Virus record (IMG/VR): IMGVR_UViG_3300034104_005687
Location: 124,001 to 188,000 of that record
Direction: 5' to 3' (one strand)
DNA length: 64,000 bases
Position 1 is the stretch's first letter; each line of letters begins with the position of its first letter. The position numbers were made by a program, and so were the translations under genes. Positions 1 through 10,261 of this stretch are shown here, one piece after another. The notes under the pieces are model-generated. The model saw only the letters and a program-made list of their open reading frames with translations. It was not told the origin of the DNA and did not search any database.

Positions 1-2
1 AT

Positions 3-440
3 ACCGAACTAGCACCCAAGTATGGGTATACCAGCTACGAGCAGTGCTTTGAAGATCGACACAATCATCGTGCTGAATGGTACAACATGATTCATGAATA
101 CTGCCGAGACGATTATGCTAGACTGGGCAGAGAAATTTTTGCTGAAAACGAAATCTATTGCGGCCTACGCAACAAAGCAGAATTCCATGCCATGAAGAAT
201 ACCAATGTGTTTGATTATGCTATTTGGGTAGATCGTAGTGATCACTTGCCTACAGAGGACAAATCCAGCATGAGCCTGGAAATTTGGATGGCTGATTATG
301 TGATTGACAACAACGGTACACTATCGGATCTCAAGCGCAACACTCGTGAGCTGGTTAGCCGTCTGGTTGCAAATCACCAGGTCGCCATATCGAATCAGAT
401 TTTGATAAATCGACTTCGCAGTTACGACACACCGTTTTGA
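3..440 (+). CDS. deoxynucleoside monophosphate kinase-like protein (5' truncated by window edge)
   Basis: Frame is open from nt 3 (TELAPKYGYTSYEQCFEDRHNHRAEWYNMIHEY...). C-terminal IWVDRS...ADYVIDNNGTLSDL resembles phage dNMP-kinase-type P-loop proteins. Confidence 0.55.
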   Translation, partial: TELAPKYGYTSYEQCFEDRHNHRAEWYNMIHEYCRDDYARLGREIFAENEIYCGLRNKAEFHAMKNTNVFDYAIWVDRSDHLPTEDKSSMSLEIWMADYVIDNNGTLSDLKRNTRELVSRLVANHQVAISNQILINRLRSYDTPF

Positions 441-702
441 GATTTTTTATATCGCAGTTGGCGAGATTCCCGTCTACATGATACACTAGAGTTTGGGCCG
501 AATATCGTGCCTTGAAACCACAACGATCACACTGCATTTTTTTCTTGTACCCAGCTGACTCCCAGCTGGGTTTTCTTTTGGGCAACTTTTTTCTTTTGCG
601 AACACAGTTCTCGCAACGACTGCGATAGTGCACAACTTCGTCGCGTCGGTAGTTTATGGCACAAGCACGTTGATTGCACACAGGACAAGTGGGTCTTTTC
701 AT
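355..702 (-). CDS. HNH-like Zn-binding endonuclease
   Basis: Four CxxC pairs and HVDGN...NLKTVCRNC. Start placed at MKRPTC (702) because a minus-strand TATAAATA lies 4 nt upstream. Confidence 0.65.
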   Translation of the reverse strand: MKRPTCPVCNQRACAINYRRDEVVHYRSRCENCVRKRKKLPKRKPSWESAGYKKKMQCDRCGFKARYSAQTLVYHVDGNLANCDIKNLKTVCRNCEVDLSKSDSIWRPGDLQPDG

Positions 703-706
703 GAGG

Positions 707-771
707 TATTTATAGGTGGACCTTTGCAAAGGGCAACATAGAGGGCGGTTTTTTCAATATACCTATAAATA
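707..771. promoter_or_regulatory. divergent T4-type late promoters (TATAAATA on - at 707-714, on + at 764-771) flanking palindrome CCTTTGCAAAGG (721-732)
   Basis: Exact match to the T4 late consensus upstream of the HNH and sheath genes. Confidence 0.7.
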
Positions 772-796
772 TCTGTAACTTAAAAAGGAACCCACT

Positions 797-3700
797 ATGG
801 CTCTAGTATCACCCGGCGTAGAAGTAACAGTAATTGACGAAAGTCAATATATTCCAAGTGCTGTTAATTCAGTGCCTTACTTCTTGGTTGCAACTGCACA
901 AGACAAAGTATCCGCTGACGGTATTACCGTTGCTGCCGGTACATTGGCTGCCAACGCAAACAAAACTTATCTAATTACCAGCCAACGCGATTTGGCTGCA
1001 ACTTTTGGTGTACCGTTCTTCTACAACACCACCAATGGTACCCCGATCAACGGGTATGAACTCAATGAATACGGCTTGTTGGCTGCTTATTCTTCACTGG
1101 GTGTCACTAACCGTGCTTATGTTCAGCGTGTTGACATTGACTTGACAGAACTAACTGCCAGTTTGAATCGTCCAGTGGGTGAGCCTGCCAACAATACTAC
1201 TTGGCTTGACATATCTGAATCTGTGTGGGGGATCCAAGAATGGAACCAAACTACTGGAACATTCACTGTCAAAACTCCTATTGTGATCACTGACCCTGCT
1301 GAAGTTGTCGATGCTGATGCAGAAGATTACACACCACTATCATCGGTGGGCAGCATTGGCGACTATGCAATGGTTGCTATCGGAGAAATTATATTTGGCT
1401 ATTACAAAAATTCCAGCAACTCCTGGGTGCAAATTGGTGATGACGGGTGGAAAGACTCGTGGCCTACATTGACAGGTACCGCTAGCCCGTCTAGTCTGGT
1501 TGTAGGTTACAATCTTTTTATCAATGGCACACTTGTAGCAGTACCAAGCACCAACACTGTGGCTGGTTTGGCAGCAGCCATTAACGCAGCCACAATCCAG
1601 GGTGTTAGTGCAGAAGCAGTCAGCGGCAAACTTACACTGTACGCAGATTCAACATCTACCAGCGATGGTTCCAGTCTCAACGGTGGCGTAGTTGCAATTG
1701 AACCAGGCGGCAACAACGGTGCAGCACTGCTGACCAGTTTGGGGATCACAGCAGGTGATTATCGTGCCCCTATATACCTTCCGTCTTACAGTTATCAAGT
1801 ACCACGCTGGAGAACAACCGATGCTACACCGCGCCCCACAGGATCTGTATGGAACAACATGAGTGCTGCCAACAGCGGTATAAATGTAGTGATCAAAAAA
1901 TACAGTACAGTGCTGGGAGATTGGGTTGCACAAACCAGCAATGCATACATTGGAGACTTTGCGGCATTGAGCGGTCTTGACCCCAGTGGAGGCGGAAAAA
2001 ACATTCCAGTTGGCACCACGTATGTCAACGTTGATCCATATTTTTATGCAACTACTCCCAATCAAACTGCATCATACGAAATTCTAAGTCGATATGTATT
2101 GGGCGCAACAGTGGTCACTGGTACTGTGGCCAATCCAACTTTTGTTTCAGGAAATAGTTTTACTATTCGAGCCAGTCAAGCGTCAGCCACACCAACCTCA
2201 GTTCTTGGAACAGCAACGTTGGGCGGAACAACTCCAGCAGCTTTTGTTGCTGCGGTTAGTGCAGCTAACATACCTAATGTCAGTGCCAGTGTTAACTCAG
2301 CAGGAAACATTGTGTTGACACACAGTCAAGGCGGAACCATGGTAGTCGAGAATGTTATCGGAACGCCACTGACTGCTGCAGGATTTACGTTGGTTACTCC
2401 GTTGGTTCGTCAAGGTAGATTGTCGGCTACTCAACTAACATTGAGTAATTGGGTTGGTACACCTGAATTTACATACACAGCCAGCGACACTGCACCAGAT
2501 GTTGATCCAGCAGATGGACGACTGTGGTTCTACAGTTCTGTTAGCGATGTTGACATCATGATTCAGGACAATGGCACCTGGCAAGGCTATCAAAACGTTG
2601 TCAATGATGTTCGTGGTTTTGACCTCAGCGAGACCAACGCCAGCGGTCCTATCATTGCTGCCACAGCACCAACTACACAAAATGACGCCAGTGAAAGCCC
2701 ATTGCAATTTGGTGATCTTTGGATCGATTCCAGCGACCTAGAAAACTATCCTGCAATTTATCGTTGGCAAGCTGTTGCTGGAGAAAACCAATGGGTTTCA
2801 ATCGACACCACAGACCAGGTCACTGAAAATGGCGTGCTGTTTGCAGACGCACGTTGGGCCGGCAACGGAACTACTGATCCAATCAGCGATCCTTTCCCAA
2901 CTATCGAAAGCTTGTTGACCAGCAATTACCTGGATCTTGATGCACCTGATCCTGCACTGTATCCACAGGGCATGCTGTTGTTCAACACACGTCGTAGTGG
3001 CTACAACGTCAAGAGTTTCCAAGAAAACTATTTCAATGCCACGAGCTTCCCTGACGATACTCTACCTAGTGTGAAAAACACTTGGTTAACTGCCAGCGGC
3101 AACAAAGATGATGGCAGCATGTGGTCAGGACGTCAGGCACAACGCAAAATGATTGTGGCAGCATTGAAGTCAGGAATTGACACCAGTTTGAGCATTCGAG
3201 AAGAACAAGTTGACTTCAACTTGATTGCTACACCCGCATATCCTGAGCTTACTCCCAACATGATTGCACTCAGCAACGAGCGCAGCAACACATTGTTTGT
3301 GGTAGCAGATACTCCAATGCGACTGGATCCAAGTGGCACAAGTCTTGTGAACTGGGCTACCAACAACAATGGACTGGGATTGGTCACTGAAGACGGTCAG
3401 ATTGCAACCAGCAACTATGCTGGCGCATTCTACCCCAGCTGCCAGACCACAGACCTCAGCGGCAACACCGTGGTTGCTCCTCCAAGTCACATGATGGTAC
3501 GCACCATCCTGCGCAGCGATGCTGTAAGCTATCCATGGTTGGCTCCAGCTGGTACACGTCGTGGCGTGGTGGACAATGCACTGGCTATTGGTTACATCAA
3601 CGGCGCAACTGGCGAATTTGTGCAGTTGAGCATGGGACAAGCACTGCGTGACATCTTGTATGAACGCAACATCAACCCAATCACGTTTATTCCAGGTGTA

Positions 3701-4075
3701 GGTATCACCAACTTTGGTAACAAAACTACCACTGTGACTACCACCGCACTGGATCGTATCAACGTTGCACGACTGGTTGCGTTCTTGCGTGGACGACTGG
3801 AGCAGATTGGCAAGTTGTTCTTGTTTGAACCCAACGACGAAGTTACTCGTCAGGAAATCACCAACACTGTCAACAGCTTGATGATTGACCTGACAGCCAA
3901 GCGAGCAATTTACGACTACCTAGTGGTCTGCGACAACAGCAACAATACTCCAGCACGTATCGATCGAAACGAGCTATGGGTCGACATTGCCATTGAACCA
4001 GTGAAGGCTGTGGAATTTATCTATATTCCATTGCGTATCAAGAACACTGGTGAAATTTCTGGAGCAGCCGCTTAA
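797..4075 (+). CDS. gp18: contractile tail sheath protein
   Basis: N-terminal LVSPGVEVTVIDES. C-terminal YPWLAPAG..RG, INPI, GNKT, DRINVARL, LFEPND, IEPVKAVEFIYI. SD AAGGAA. Confidence 0.95.
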   Translation: MALVSPGVEVTVIDESQYIPSAVNSVPYFLVATAQDKVSADGITVAAGTLAANANKTYLITSQRDLAATFGVPFFYNTTNGTPINGYELNEYGLLAAYSSLGVTNRAYVQRVDIDLTELTASLNRPVGEPANNTTWLDISESVWGIQEWNQTTGTFTVKTPIVITDPAEVVDADAEDYTPLSSVGSIGDYAMVAIGEIIFGYYKNSSNSWVQIGDDGWKDSWPTLTGTASPSSLVVGYNLFINGTLVAVPSTNTVAGLAAAINAATIQGVSAEAVSGKLTLYADSTSTSDGSSLNGGVVAIEPGGNNGAALLTSLGITAGDYRAPIYLPSYSYQVPRWRTTDATPRPTGSVWNNMSAANSGINVVIKKYSTVLGDWVAQTSNAYIGDFAALSGLDPSGGGKNIPVGTTYVNVDPYFYATTPNQTASYEILSRYVLGATVVTGTVANPTFVSGNSFTIRASQASATPTSVLGTATLGGTTPAAFVAAVSAANIPNVSASVNSAGNIVLTHSQGGTMVVENVIGTPLTAAGFTLVTPLVRQGRLSATQLTLSNWVGTPEFTYTASDTAPDVDPADGRLWFYSSVSDVDIMIQDNGTWQGYQNVVNDVRGFDLSETNASGPIIAATAPTTQNDASESPLQFGDLWIDSSDLENYPAIYRWQAVAGENQWVSIDTTDQVTENGVLFADARWAGNGTTDPISDPFPTIESLLTSNYLDLDAPDPALYPQGMLLFNTRRSGYNVKSFQENYFNATSFPDDTLPSVKNTWLTASGNKDDGSMWSGRQAQRKMIVAALKSGIDTSLSIREEQVDFNLIATPAYPELTPNMIALSNERSNTLFVVADTPMRLDPSGTSLVNWATNNNGLGLVTEDGQIATSNYAGAFYPSCQTTDLSGNTVVAPPSHMMVRTILRSDAVSYPWLAPAGTRRGVVDNALAIGYINGATGEFVQLSMGQALRDILYERNINPITFIPGVGITNFGNKTTTVTTTALDRINVARLVAFLRGRLEQIGKLFLFEPNDEVTRQEITNTVNSLMIDLTAKRAIYDYLVVCDNSNNTPARIDRNELWVDIAIEPVKAVEFIYIPLRIKNTGEISGAAA

Positions 4076-4103
4076 AAAGGGGGTCCGCAAGGACTCTCTT
4101 TTT
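4076..4103 (+). terminator. intrinsic terminator after sheath
   Basis: AAAGGGGGTCC-GCAA-GGACTCTCTTTTT hairpin (G:U pairs) with a T tract, followed by a late promoter TAAATA at 4107-4112. Confidence 0.7.
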
Positions 4104-4130
4104 AGGTAAATAAACATATAGGAGAAATTT

Positions 4131-4781
4131 ATGGCAAGTGCATCACTAAACAAAATGACAGTACCCGTTGGAGCAGACGCCGCTGGCGGCGGTGCCCAAG
4201 GCCTGTTGATGCCAAAACTCAAGTATCGCTTTCGCGTGTTCTTTGAAAACTTTGGTGTGTCAAAACCCACAACAGAAATGACCAAACAGGTCATGAGCTT
4301 CACCCGTCCCAACTTGACGTTTGAAGAAATTACTCTACCGATCTACAACTCAACACTGAAGTTGGCCGGCAAGCACACCTGGGCAGACGTCACCACAGAA
4401 ATTCGCGACGATGCATCAGGTCAGGTCAGCCGACTGGTAGGCGAGCAAATGCAGAAACAAATGGACTTCCTGGAAATGGCTTCAGCATCCAGTGGTGTTG
4501 ATTACAAGTTCACCACACGAGTTGAAGTGTTGGACGGCGGCAACGGTGCTGTTGCTCCAGTGGTTCTAGAAACATGGGCATTGTATGGTTGCTACCTCAA
4601 AGGAGCAGATTACGGTTCTCTCAACTACGGCGAAAGTGCTCCTGTTACAGTGAGTTTGACCATTGCTTATGACAACGCCAACCAGGTTGCTGGCGACGTG
4701 GCTCAAGGCGGTATTGGCATTGGAACTGTACTTGGACAAACCATTGCCGGCGCGGTGACTGGTGCTGGTCAAGGCCAATAA
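4131..4781 (+). CDS. gp19: tail tube protein
   Basis: Follows the sheath. PKLKYRFRV, RPNLTFEEI..., AGKHTW, W.LYGC....ADYG.LNY, .TI.YDNA tube-fold pattern. SD AGGAGA. Confidence 0.85.
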   Translation: MASASLNKMTVPVGADAAGGGAQGLLMPKLKYRFRVFFENFGVSKPTTEMTKQVMSFTRPNLTFEEITLPIYNSTLKLAGKHTWADVTTEIRDDASGQVSRLVGEQMQKQMDFLEMASASSGVDYKFTTRVEVLDGGNGAVAPVVLETWALYGCYLKGADYGSLNYGESAPVTVSLTIAYDNANQVAGDVAQGGIGIGTVLGQTIAGAVTGAGQGQ

Positions 4782-4794
4782 GGCAGACTAGCTC

Positions 4795-5964
4795 ATGGCA
4801 GATTTTGGCCAAAACTTCCTTAAGGGGTTTATTGGGTCAGGGCAAGGCTTGCGTGATTACAGTCACGCAAGTCGTACTTTTACCACCAACGCATACGAAC
4901 TCAAACCTCGGTTCAAGTTTCTTTTTCACGTCAGCTTCTCTATCAACACTGGAGAGATTCCTTATCTACGTGGTGTGTTTGGCAGCAGCGATGTGACTGA
5001 ACTGAGTCTGTTGGTCAAAACAGCAGATCTTCCACGATACAACATTCAAACACAAACAATGAATCAGTACAATCGAAAACGACTTGTACAGACCAAACTT
5101 GAATACCAACCTATCAACTTGACGTTTCATGACGACGGTGGTGACAATGCACGACGACTGTGGTACTACTACTTCAGTTACTACTACAATGATCCTGCTC
5201 AACAGTACCTGGCACCCAACGTCACCAACGGCAGTGCAGGCGCCAGTCAAAACAGAAGTACAGGATTTGGATATCCGCGCAGCGACATCTACAATGACAC
5301 GCTACAGGTACCAACCTGGGGATACTCAGGAGAAAGCTGGACCAACGGCACATCAGCTGTGAACGGAAAACCAGCATTTTTCAAAGACATCAGAATTTAC
5401 GGAATGGACCAGCGCAAGTTTGCTGAGTACATTTTGATCAACCCCATTATCAAGAGCTGGAATCACGACACCTATGATTACAGTCAAGGCAACGGCACCA
5501 TGCAACACAGCATGACCTTGGAATACGAAACTGTGAAGTACTACGAAGGTGCTATGAGTCGAGGCGGCCGCTCTGATCAAAACATACAAGGCTTTGGTGG
5601 TCCAGAACACTACGATACCACACTGAGTCCAATTGCCAGACCCGGAGCCAACAGCACAATATTTGGCCAAGGCGGTTTGTTGGACGCAGCCGACGGTATC
5701 TTGGGCGACCTACAAAGCGGCACAGTCGGCGGTTTGATTGGTGCCACACAAAAAGCACTGCTCACACGTGAAACATTCAAGAACAAAAATCTTTCGGCCA
5801 TTGCCAAAAGCGAAGCAACAACTTTGGGCATCAACGAAATCTCTAAATCTTTGCCTGGAGCAATCAGACCCATATTAAATAGACCAACTGGAGTGTTTAT
5901 TCCAACACCGCAACGTGCTGCTCCAGGCCCCACCACAGGCCCAACCCCAGGACCCCCGCCATGA
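4795..5964 (+). CDS. tail tube-fold baseplate protein (gp54/gp48-like tube initiator)
   Basis: KTADLPRY...NQYNRKR.VQTK.EY.PI.LTFHDD and NP.IKSWNHDTYDY...M.LEYE resemble the tube fold. Pro-rich tail. Confidence 0.55.
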   Translation: MADFGQNFLKGFIGSGQGLRDYSHASRTFTTNAYELKPRFKFLFHVSFSINTGEIPYLRGVFGSSDVTELSLLVKTADLPRYNIQTQTMNQYNRKRLVQTKLEYQPINLTFHDDGGDNARRLWYYYFSYYYNDPAQQYLAPNVTNGSAGASQNRSTGFGYPRSDIYNDTLQVPTWGYSGESWTNGTSAVNGKPAFFKDIRIYGMDQRKFAEYILINPIIKSWNHDTYDYSQGNGTMQHSMTLEYETVKYYEGAMSRGGRSDQNIQGFGGPEHYDTTLSPIARPGANSTIFGQGGLLDAADGILGDLQSGTVGGLIGATQKALLTRETFKNKNLSAIAKSEATTLGINEISKSLPGAIRPILNRPTGVFIPTPQRAAPGPTTGPTPGPPP

Positions 5965-6326
5965 CCACAGGTTCAGTCAACAACACCAACTTCAACATTG
6001 ATCAAACTGTCAGAGTTTTTGATCAGTTCTACAGCTTTGATGTAAACATTCCTGCGGCCGAATACGATATTGTTCACAGTTACTTCTTGAAGACCATGAA
6101 TAATCGCCAGGCCGCTGGCAACTTCACAGTGTCGTTGTTTAGAATAGCAGAAGAAACCAAGATTCCTCCACTGACATTGTTGCAAGAATTCCAGGGCATA
6201 AATGGAGTCAATCTCAATGTCTCGTTGGCCTATTATCTCAATCAGATTCGCAGTCGTGCCACACTATTGGGCGTGGGGGTTTCTGTGGTACCCAACGCTT
6301 ATGCTGCAAGAAACGTAATTCAATGA
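5961..6326 (+). CDS. hypothetical (likely virion morphogenesis) protein
   Basis: ATGA overlaps on both sides within the structural operon. Confidence 0.7.
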   Translation: MTTGSVNNTNFNIDQTVRVFDQFYSFDVNIPAAEYDIVHSYFLKTMNNRQAAGNFTVSLFRIAEETKIPPLTLLQEFQGINGVNLNVSLAYYLNQIRSRATLLGVGVSVVPNAYAARNVIQ

Positions 6327-6754
6327 GCAAGTGGGCACAAGGATTCTACACTGTGCAAAATGCCGACAAGTATGTGGGCACCAAGACCCCGCGATACAGA
6401 TCAGGCTGGGAACTCAGCTTTATGCGTTTTTGCGACAGCAATGACAATGTGTTGCAATGGGCATCAGAAGCTGTGCAAATACCTTATCGTCATCCACTCA
6501 CCGGCAAACAAACCATATATGTGCCAGATTTTTTAATCACTTATCGCACTCGCGGCAATACCATGCGAGCTGAACTGATTGAAATCAAGCCCAAAAAGCA
6601 AAGCGTGATTGAATCAAAAATGAGCAGTCGTGACCGTGCTGTGGTAGCCATCAATTATGCCAAATGGGCAGCAGCCCAGAAGTGGTGTGCTCGCCAAGGG
6701 CTACACTTCCGAGTGATCACAGAAAACGACATGTTTAAAAACGGCTCCAATTAA
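6323..6754 (+). CDS. head completion nuclease (T4 gp4-like, TnsA N-terminal PD-(D/E)XK fold)
   Basis: YRSGWE..FMRFCD...QWASE...PY..P.TGK...Y.PDF...IEIKP motif. Confidence 0.8.
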   Translation: MSKWAQGFYTVQNADKYVGTKTPRYRSGWELSFMRFCDSNDNVLQWASEAVQIPYRHPLTGKQTIYVPDFLITYRTRGNTMRAELIEIKPKKQSVIESKMSSRDRAVVAINYAKWAAAQKWCARQGLHFRVITENDMFKNGSN

Positions 6755-6769
6755 CGCCATAAATATGGC

Positions 6770-7276
6770 ATGACTCGTAAACTTGAAGAACTGTTTGATC
6801 TGCCGCCTACTGCACAAGAAGTAGACACTGCCATACCTGACTTGCCTACCAGTCGAGAAACACTGGCAGCACTGGACGCAGCCATAGACAAAATTGACGA
6901 AGCACTGCCAGCAGTGCGCGGACTAGAATCCACAGATTCTGAAATGGACACACTCAGCGACATGGCTCGTGACAGCTACAAAGATCTAATGGATCTAGGT
7001 ATGCAGGTCGACAGTCGGTTTGCCAGCGAGATATTCTCAGTTGCCAGCAACATGCTGGGCCACGCCATCACAGCCAAAACAGCCAAGCTGGACAAAAAAC
7101 TCAAGATGATTGACCTGCAGATGAAAAAAATGCGCCTGGATCAACAGCAAGCAGTGTTAGACAGCAAGCAAGAACCTGAAAACCCTGTGCAGCAAGGCAC
7201 AGGAATGATACTGAGTCGTAATGATTTATTGCAACGAATCCTCGGCGGCAACAAGCAAAACGACACAAAAGAATAA
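6770..7276 (+). CDS. putative terminase small subunit
   Basis: Helical protein. EIFSVASNML..AITAK...KLK and the C-terminal ILSRNDLLQRI parallel the T4 gp16 layout. Late promoter TAAATA at 6760-6765. Confidence 0.45.
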   Translation: MTRKLEELFDLPPTAQEVDTAIPDLPTSRETLAALDAAIDKIDEALPAVRGLESTDSEMDTLSDMARDSYKDLMDLGMQVDSRFASEIFSVASNMLGHAITAKTAKLDKKLKMIDLQMKKMRLDQQQAVLDSKQEPENPVQQGTGMILSRNDLLQRILGGNKQNDTKE

Positions 7277-7296
7277 ATATAGCATAGGATATTGAA

Positions 7297-7905
7297 ATGA
7301 AAACATTCGCCAACTACCTAGCTGAAAGCCAACGCACATACGACTATCGCATCAAAATTTGCGGTACAGTAGATGCCGGTGCTGTACGACAGCTCAAACA
7401 AAAACTGGACCAATTTGATCCAGCTAGCATGACAGATCTCAAAACTACACCTGTTCAAGCTATCCCCACTGACTTCCCCAACTACAAAAACGAGCCTGTG
7501 AGCATGTTTGACGTGAGCTTTCGATACCCAGCTATTGAGCCACAGATCAAACAACTGGCACAGCTCATGGGCATTGATCCAAACCGTGTGGTCATGAGCA
7601 GTCGTGACTACAACGAAGGCATGGCAGAAGAATACAAAAAGATCGCTGATCAAAACAAAGACCTGATTGACGACACTGATTACCCGGCGCCCGATGCACA
7701 ACAACGAGCATTGAGCAAAGATTACGCAACTGGTCCTTACGATCATGCTGTGTTAAAAAACGCTTATCGTAGCAGTTTCAGCATTGCTGGAGAAAAAACT
7801 CCGCCTGCCAAAACCACCAACGAATTGCCACAAGGCAACAAAAGTCCAATGACCAACATCAAGCGTCAACCCAAGCCAGCAACTGGCGCCAACCCAAGAG
7901 GATAA
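7297..7905 (+). CDS. putative internal head protein
   Basis: N-terminus MKTFANYLAE resembles the T4 capsid-targeting sequence. Late promoter at 7274-7279 and SD AGGA. Confidence 0.55.
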   Translation: MKTFANYLAESQRTYDYRIKICGTVDAGAVRQLKQKLDQFDPASMTDLKTTPVQAIPTDFPNYKNEPVSMFDVSFRYPAIEPQIKQLAQLMGIDPNRVVMSSRDYNEGMAEEYKKIADQNKDLIDDTDYPAPDAQQRALSKDYATGPYDHAVLKNAYRSSFSIAGEKTPPAKTTNELPQGNKSPMTNIKRQPKPATGANPRG

Positions 7906-7909
7906 TACC

Positions 7910-9760
7910 ATGAGTTTCTTTTACGATCTAAACAACAAACTAAACGCCATTCGTGAACTGCCCAGCACCACACACGGACAACTCAATGAGCGTGACATGA
8001 GCCGTGCTGCCAAAGGCTACGAAAAGTACGGCAAACAAGGCATGGAAGCCTTGGCCAAGGCTGGACGTGAAGGCAAGGCACTGGATCCAATTCGTGACAA
8101 GTACAACAAGTACGACGAGAGTGTAGAAGAAGGCTTTGGCGATGTGGTCAAGCAAGTAGGCAGTGCTGCCAAAAAGTTAGGCGGTCGTGCATTAAACACA
8201 CTAGGCCACGGCGACGATGCTGACATGATTCGCGATCTACAAAAGAAAATGGGCGTACCACAAACTGGCATGAAGCCCGGCGCAGAACCAAATCCCAAAC
8301 AGATCAAAGAAAAAATGAGCCCAGCCAAGGCCAAGAGCTTTGCTGCATTAGCTGAGCCCAAGGACAAAATCACTTTTGCCGACAAGATTGCTGGAGCCAA
8401 AAAAGAAGTCGACGAGATGCTGGGTGATGTAGCAGCAGAAGCCATGAAGAACGCACTGGGTGGCAAGAAACAAGTTGTTGCCAGTGAAGAAGAAGATCTC
8501 AATCCGTTCACAAACTACAAGAAGCCACGTACCGACACCCCAAGAGTTGGCAGCGTTGAACGCGGTCACAAACACGATATTGAGCACACAGCTACAGGTC
8601 GCAAGGTAACTCGACGAGTTGATCCTGCTGGTATCAGTGTTGGTGCTGATGACGACAAACCAGCAGACGGTGAAAAGCGTGGTCGTGGTCGTCCAAAAGG
8701 TCCTGCCAAGGCACCCGAGCGTGTGACCGGCGGCGCTACCAAGCACAAAGGCGGCCGCAAGACCAACGAAGGCGAAAACGAAAGCGATGAAATCAAACAA
8801 GCCATGGCCATGTTGAAGAAAGCTGGCTACACAGTAGAAAAGGCTGCTGAACAAGTGGACGAAAAAGCTGTGAGCAAGAAGCAACAACGTTTTATGGGCA
8901 TGGTTCATGCTGCACAAAAAGGTGAAAAGCCTGCCAGCAAAGAAGTTGCCAAAGTAGCCAAAGGCATGGGCAAGAAAGACGCAGAAGACTTTGCAGCTAC
9001 CAAGCACAAAGGCCTGCCTGAAAAGAAAAAGTCCGACGATGCTCCCAAGAAGAAAAAAGAAAAAACACAAGAAGCTGGTGGCACTGACACACCCACAGCC
9101 AGCAGCGGCTTCAGCTACGGCAAAGGCATCTACGACAGCATCAATCGCGAAATTGAAGAAATGATCGCAGAGTCAATGAGCGTGACCATGAGCATGAACA
9201 ATGACACAATGAATGGTGGTCCAGGTAAAAACCTCACAGTCAATGCCACAGATGAAGATGCAGTCAAATTGGCATCCATACTGAAAATGGCCGGTGTAGG
9301 CAGCGGTGAATCGTCATGTGGTTGCGGTCAACCTGGCTGTGACTGTGCTCAACAAGGCATGGACGAAGCTTATGGCGACACTGATGCCACAGAAAACGCA
9401 CCTGACTATCCCACAGAAACAGAAACCAGTGCAGATCCATTTCAGTACAGCGGTGGCATCAACAAGCCCAAGTCAACAGGGCAAACCACTGTGCCAGTTA
9501 TTGCTAGCCAAGACGATCGCCAACACAGCTATGCTGAAGCAGAAGAAGATGCTATCAAACGCATGATGGAAATGGCTGGCGTCAAGAAAAAAGAAGTTGA
9601 CGAAGAAAAAACTGACGAAGGCAACAAGTTCACTGGCAATCTAGCCAAGGCTCGTGCTGCTGGCAAAAAAGAAGCTGACCTAGACGGTGACGGTGACCTG
9701 GAAAAAGTCAAAGAAAGTATCTTTGATTTGACCAACCAGTGGCGAGCATACAAAGGATAA
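7910..9760 (+). CDS. Lys/Glu-rich modular internal head (poly)protein
   Basis: 616 aa, low complexity, many hydrophobic-x-E boundaries (QLNE, IKE, VDE, TNE, TQE, IAE, MDE, VKE). Contains an SKKQQRFMGMVHA...KHKGLPEK module. Confidence 0.6.
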   Translation: MSFFYDLNNKLNAIRELPSTTHGQLNERDMSRAAKGYEKYGKQGMEALAKAGREGKALDPIRDKYNKYDESVEEGFGDVVKQVGSAAKKLGGRALNTLGHGDDADMIRDLQKKMGVPQTGMKPGAEPNPKQIKEKMSPAKAKSFAALAEPKDKITFADKIAGAKKEVDEMLGDVAAEAMKNALGGKKQVVASEEEDLNPFTNYKKPRTDTPRVGSVERGHKHDIEHTATGRKVTRRVDPAGISVGADDDKPADGEKRGRGRPKGPAKAPERVTGGATKHKGGRKTNEGENESDEIKQAMAMLKKAGYTVEKAAEQVDEKAVSKKQQRFMGMVHAAQKGEKPASKEVAKVAKGMGKKDAEDFAATKHKGLPEKKKSDDAPKKKKEKTQEAGGTDTPTASSGFSYGKGIYDSINREIEEMIAESMSVTMSMNNDTMNGGPGKNLTVNATDEDAVKLASILKMAGVGSGESSCGCGQPGCDCAQQGMDEAYGDTDATENAPDYPTETETSADPFQYSGGINKPKSTGQTTVPVIASQDDRQHSYAEAEEDAIKRMMEMAGVKKKEVDEEKTDEGNKFTGNLAKARAAGKKEADLDGDGDLEKVKESIFDLTNQWRAYKG

Positions 9761-9764
9761 TATC

Positions 9765-9932
9765 ATGTACAAACCAATCAACGAAAATTTAACAAACCCA
9801 CCGGTGATGAATCCACACAGTCCTGCCAGCAATGGCTACAAACAACAGCCTGTGGATATTCCTGGTGTACTGGATCAAACACGTCGTTTGTTTCAGCCAG
9901 TGATCGCTATTCCGCCTGAAAGCAACAAGTAA
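9765..9932 (+). CDS. small hypothetical protein (55 aa, MYKPINENLTNPPV...)
   Basis: Not in the ORF track. SD AGGA upstream, and the stop overlaps the next ATG (TAATG). Confidence 0.6.
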   Translation: MYKPINENLTNPPVMNPHSPASNGYKQQPVDIPGVLDQTRRLFQPVIAIPPESNK

Positions 9933-10261
9933 TGCCACAAGCAAACGTTTATACCAGTGCATCGGCACAGGCCTGGTTCACCGACAAAGCCAGGATCAGC
10001 ACTGGCAACACTGCTGTGACTTTTCAGGTCAATGCAGTTCAGTTGACCTATGTAAATCCAGGCACAGGCGTCACTGCCAATGCTGGATCCGCTGTGGGCA
10101 ATATCTACAGCAATGCAGTCAGTGTGCCAGCCAGCAGTCGTCAAGACATCTATGTGGGTGTGGGCAATCAGTTGACCATTACAGGCTCTAATTTCACTGT
10201 ACAAGAATTAGGCACAGCAAGTTCTGCTGCCGCTGGCGAAAACGGTGTAGGCAACGGCTGA
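9932..10261 (+). CDS. small beta-rich virion protein
   Basis: Thr/Ala/Gly/Asn-rich, translationally coupled on both sides. Confidence 0.6.
   Translation: MPQANVYTSASAQAWFTDKARISTGNTAVTFQVNAVQLTYVNPGTGVTANAGSAVGNIYSNAVSVPASSRQDIYVGVGNQLTITGSNFTVQELGTASSAAAGENGVGNG

Noticed and set aside
6323-6754. TnsA-like gene as a Tn7 transposon
   Set aside because: No tnsB/C or terminal repeats. It sits in the morphogenesis operon like T4 gp4.
8017-9070. Long minus-strand ORFs (8017-8511, 8348-9070), and similarly 18465-19097, 38213-38794, 41817-42350, 51481-52035, 53205-53738, 58797-59351
   Set aside because: These are antisense shadows of well-supported genes, with Phe/Leu/Ser-rich mirror composition and no RBS or promoter.
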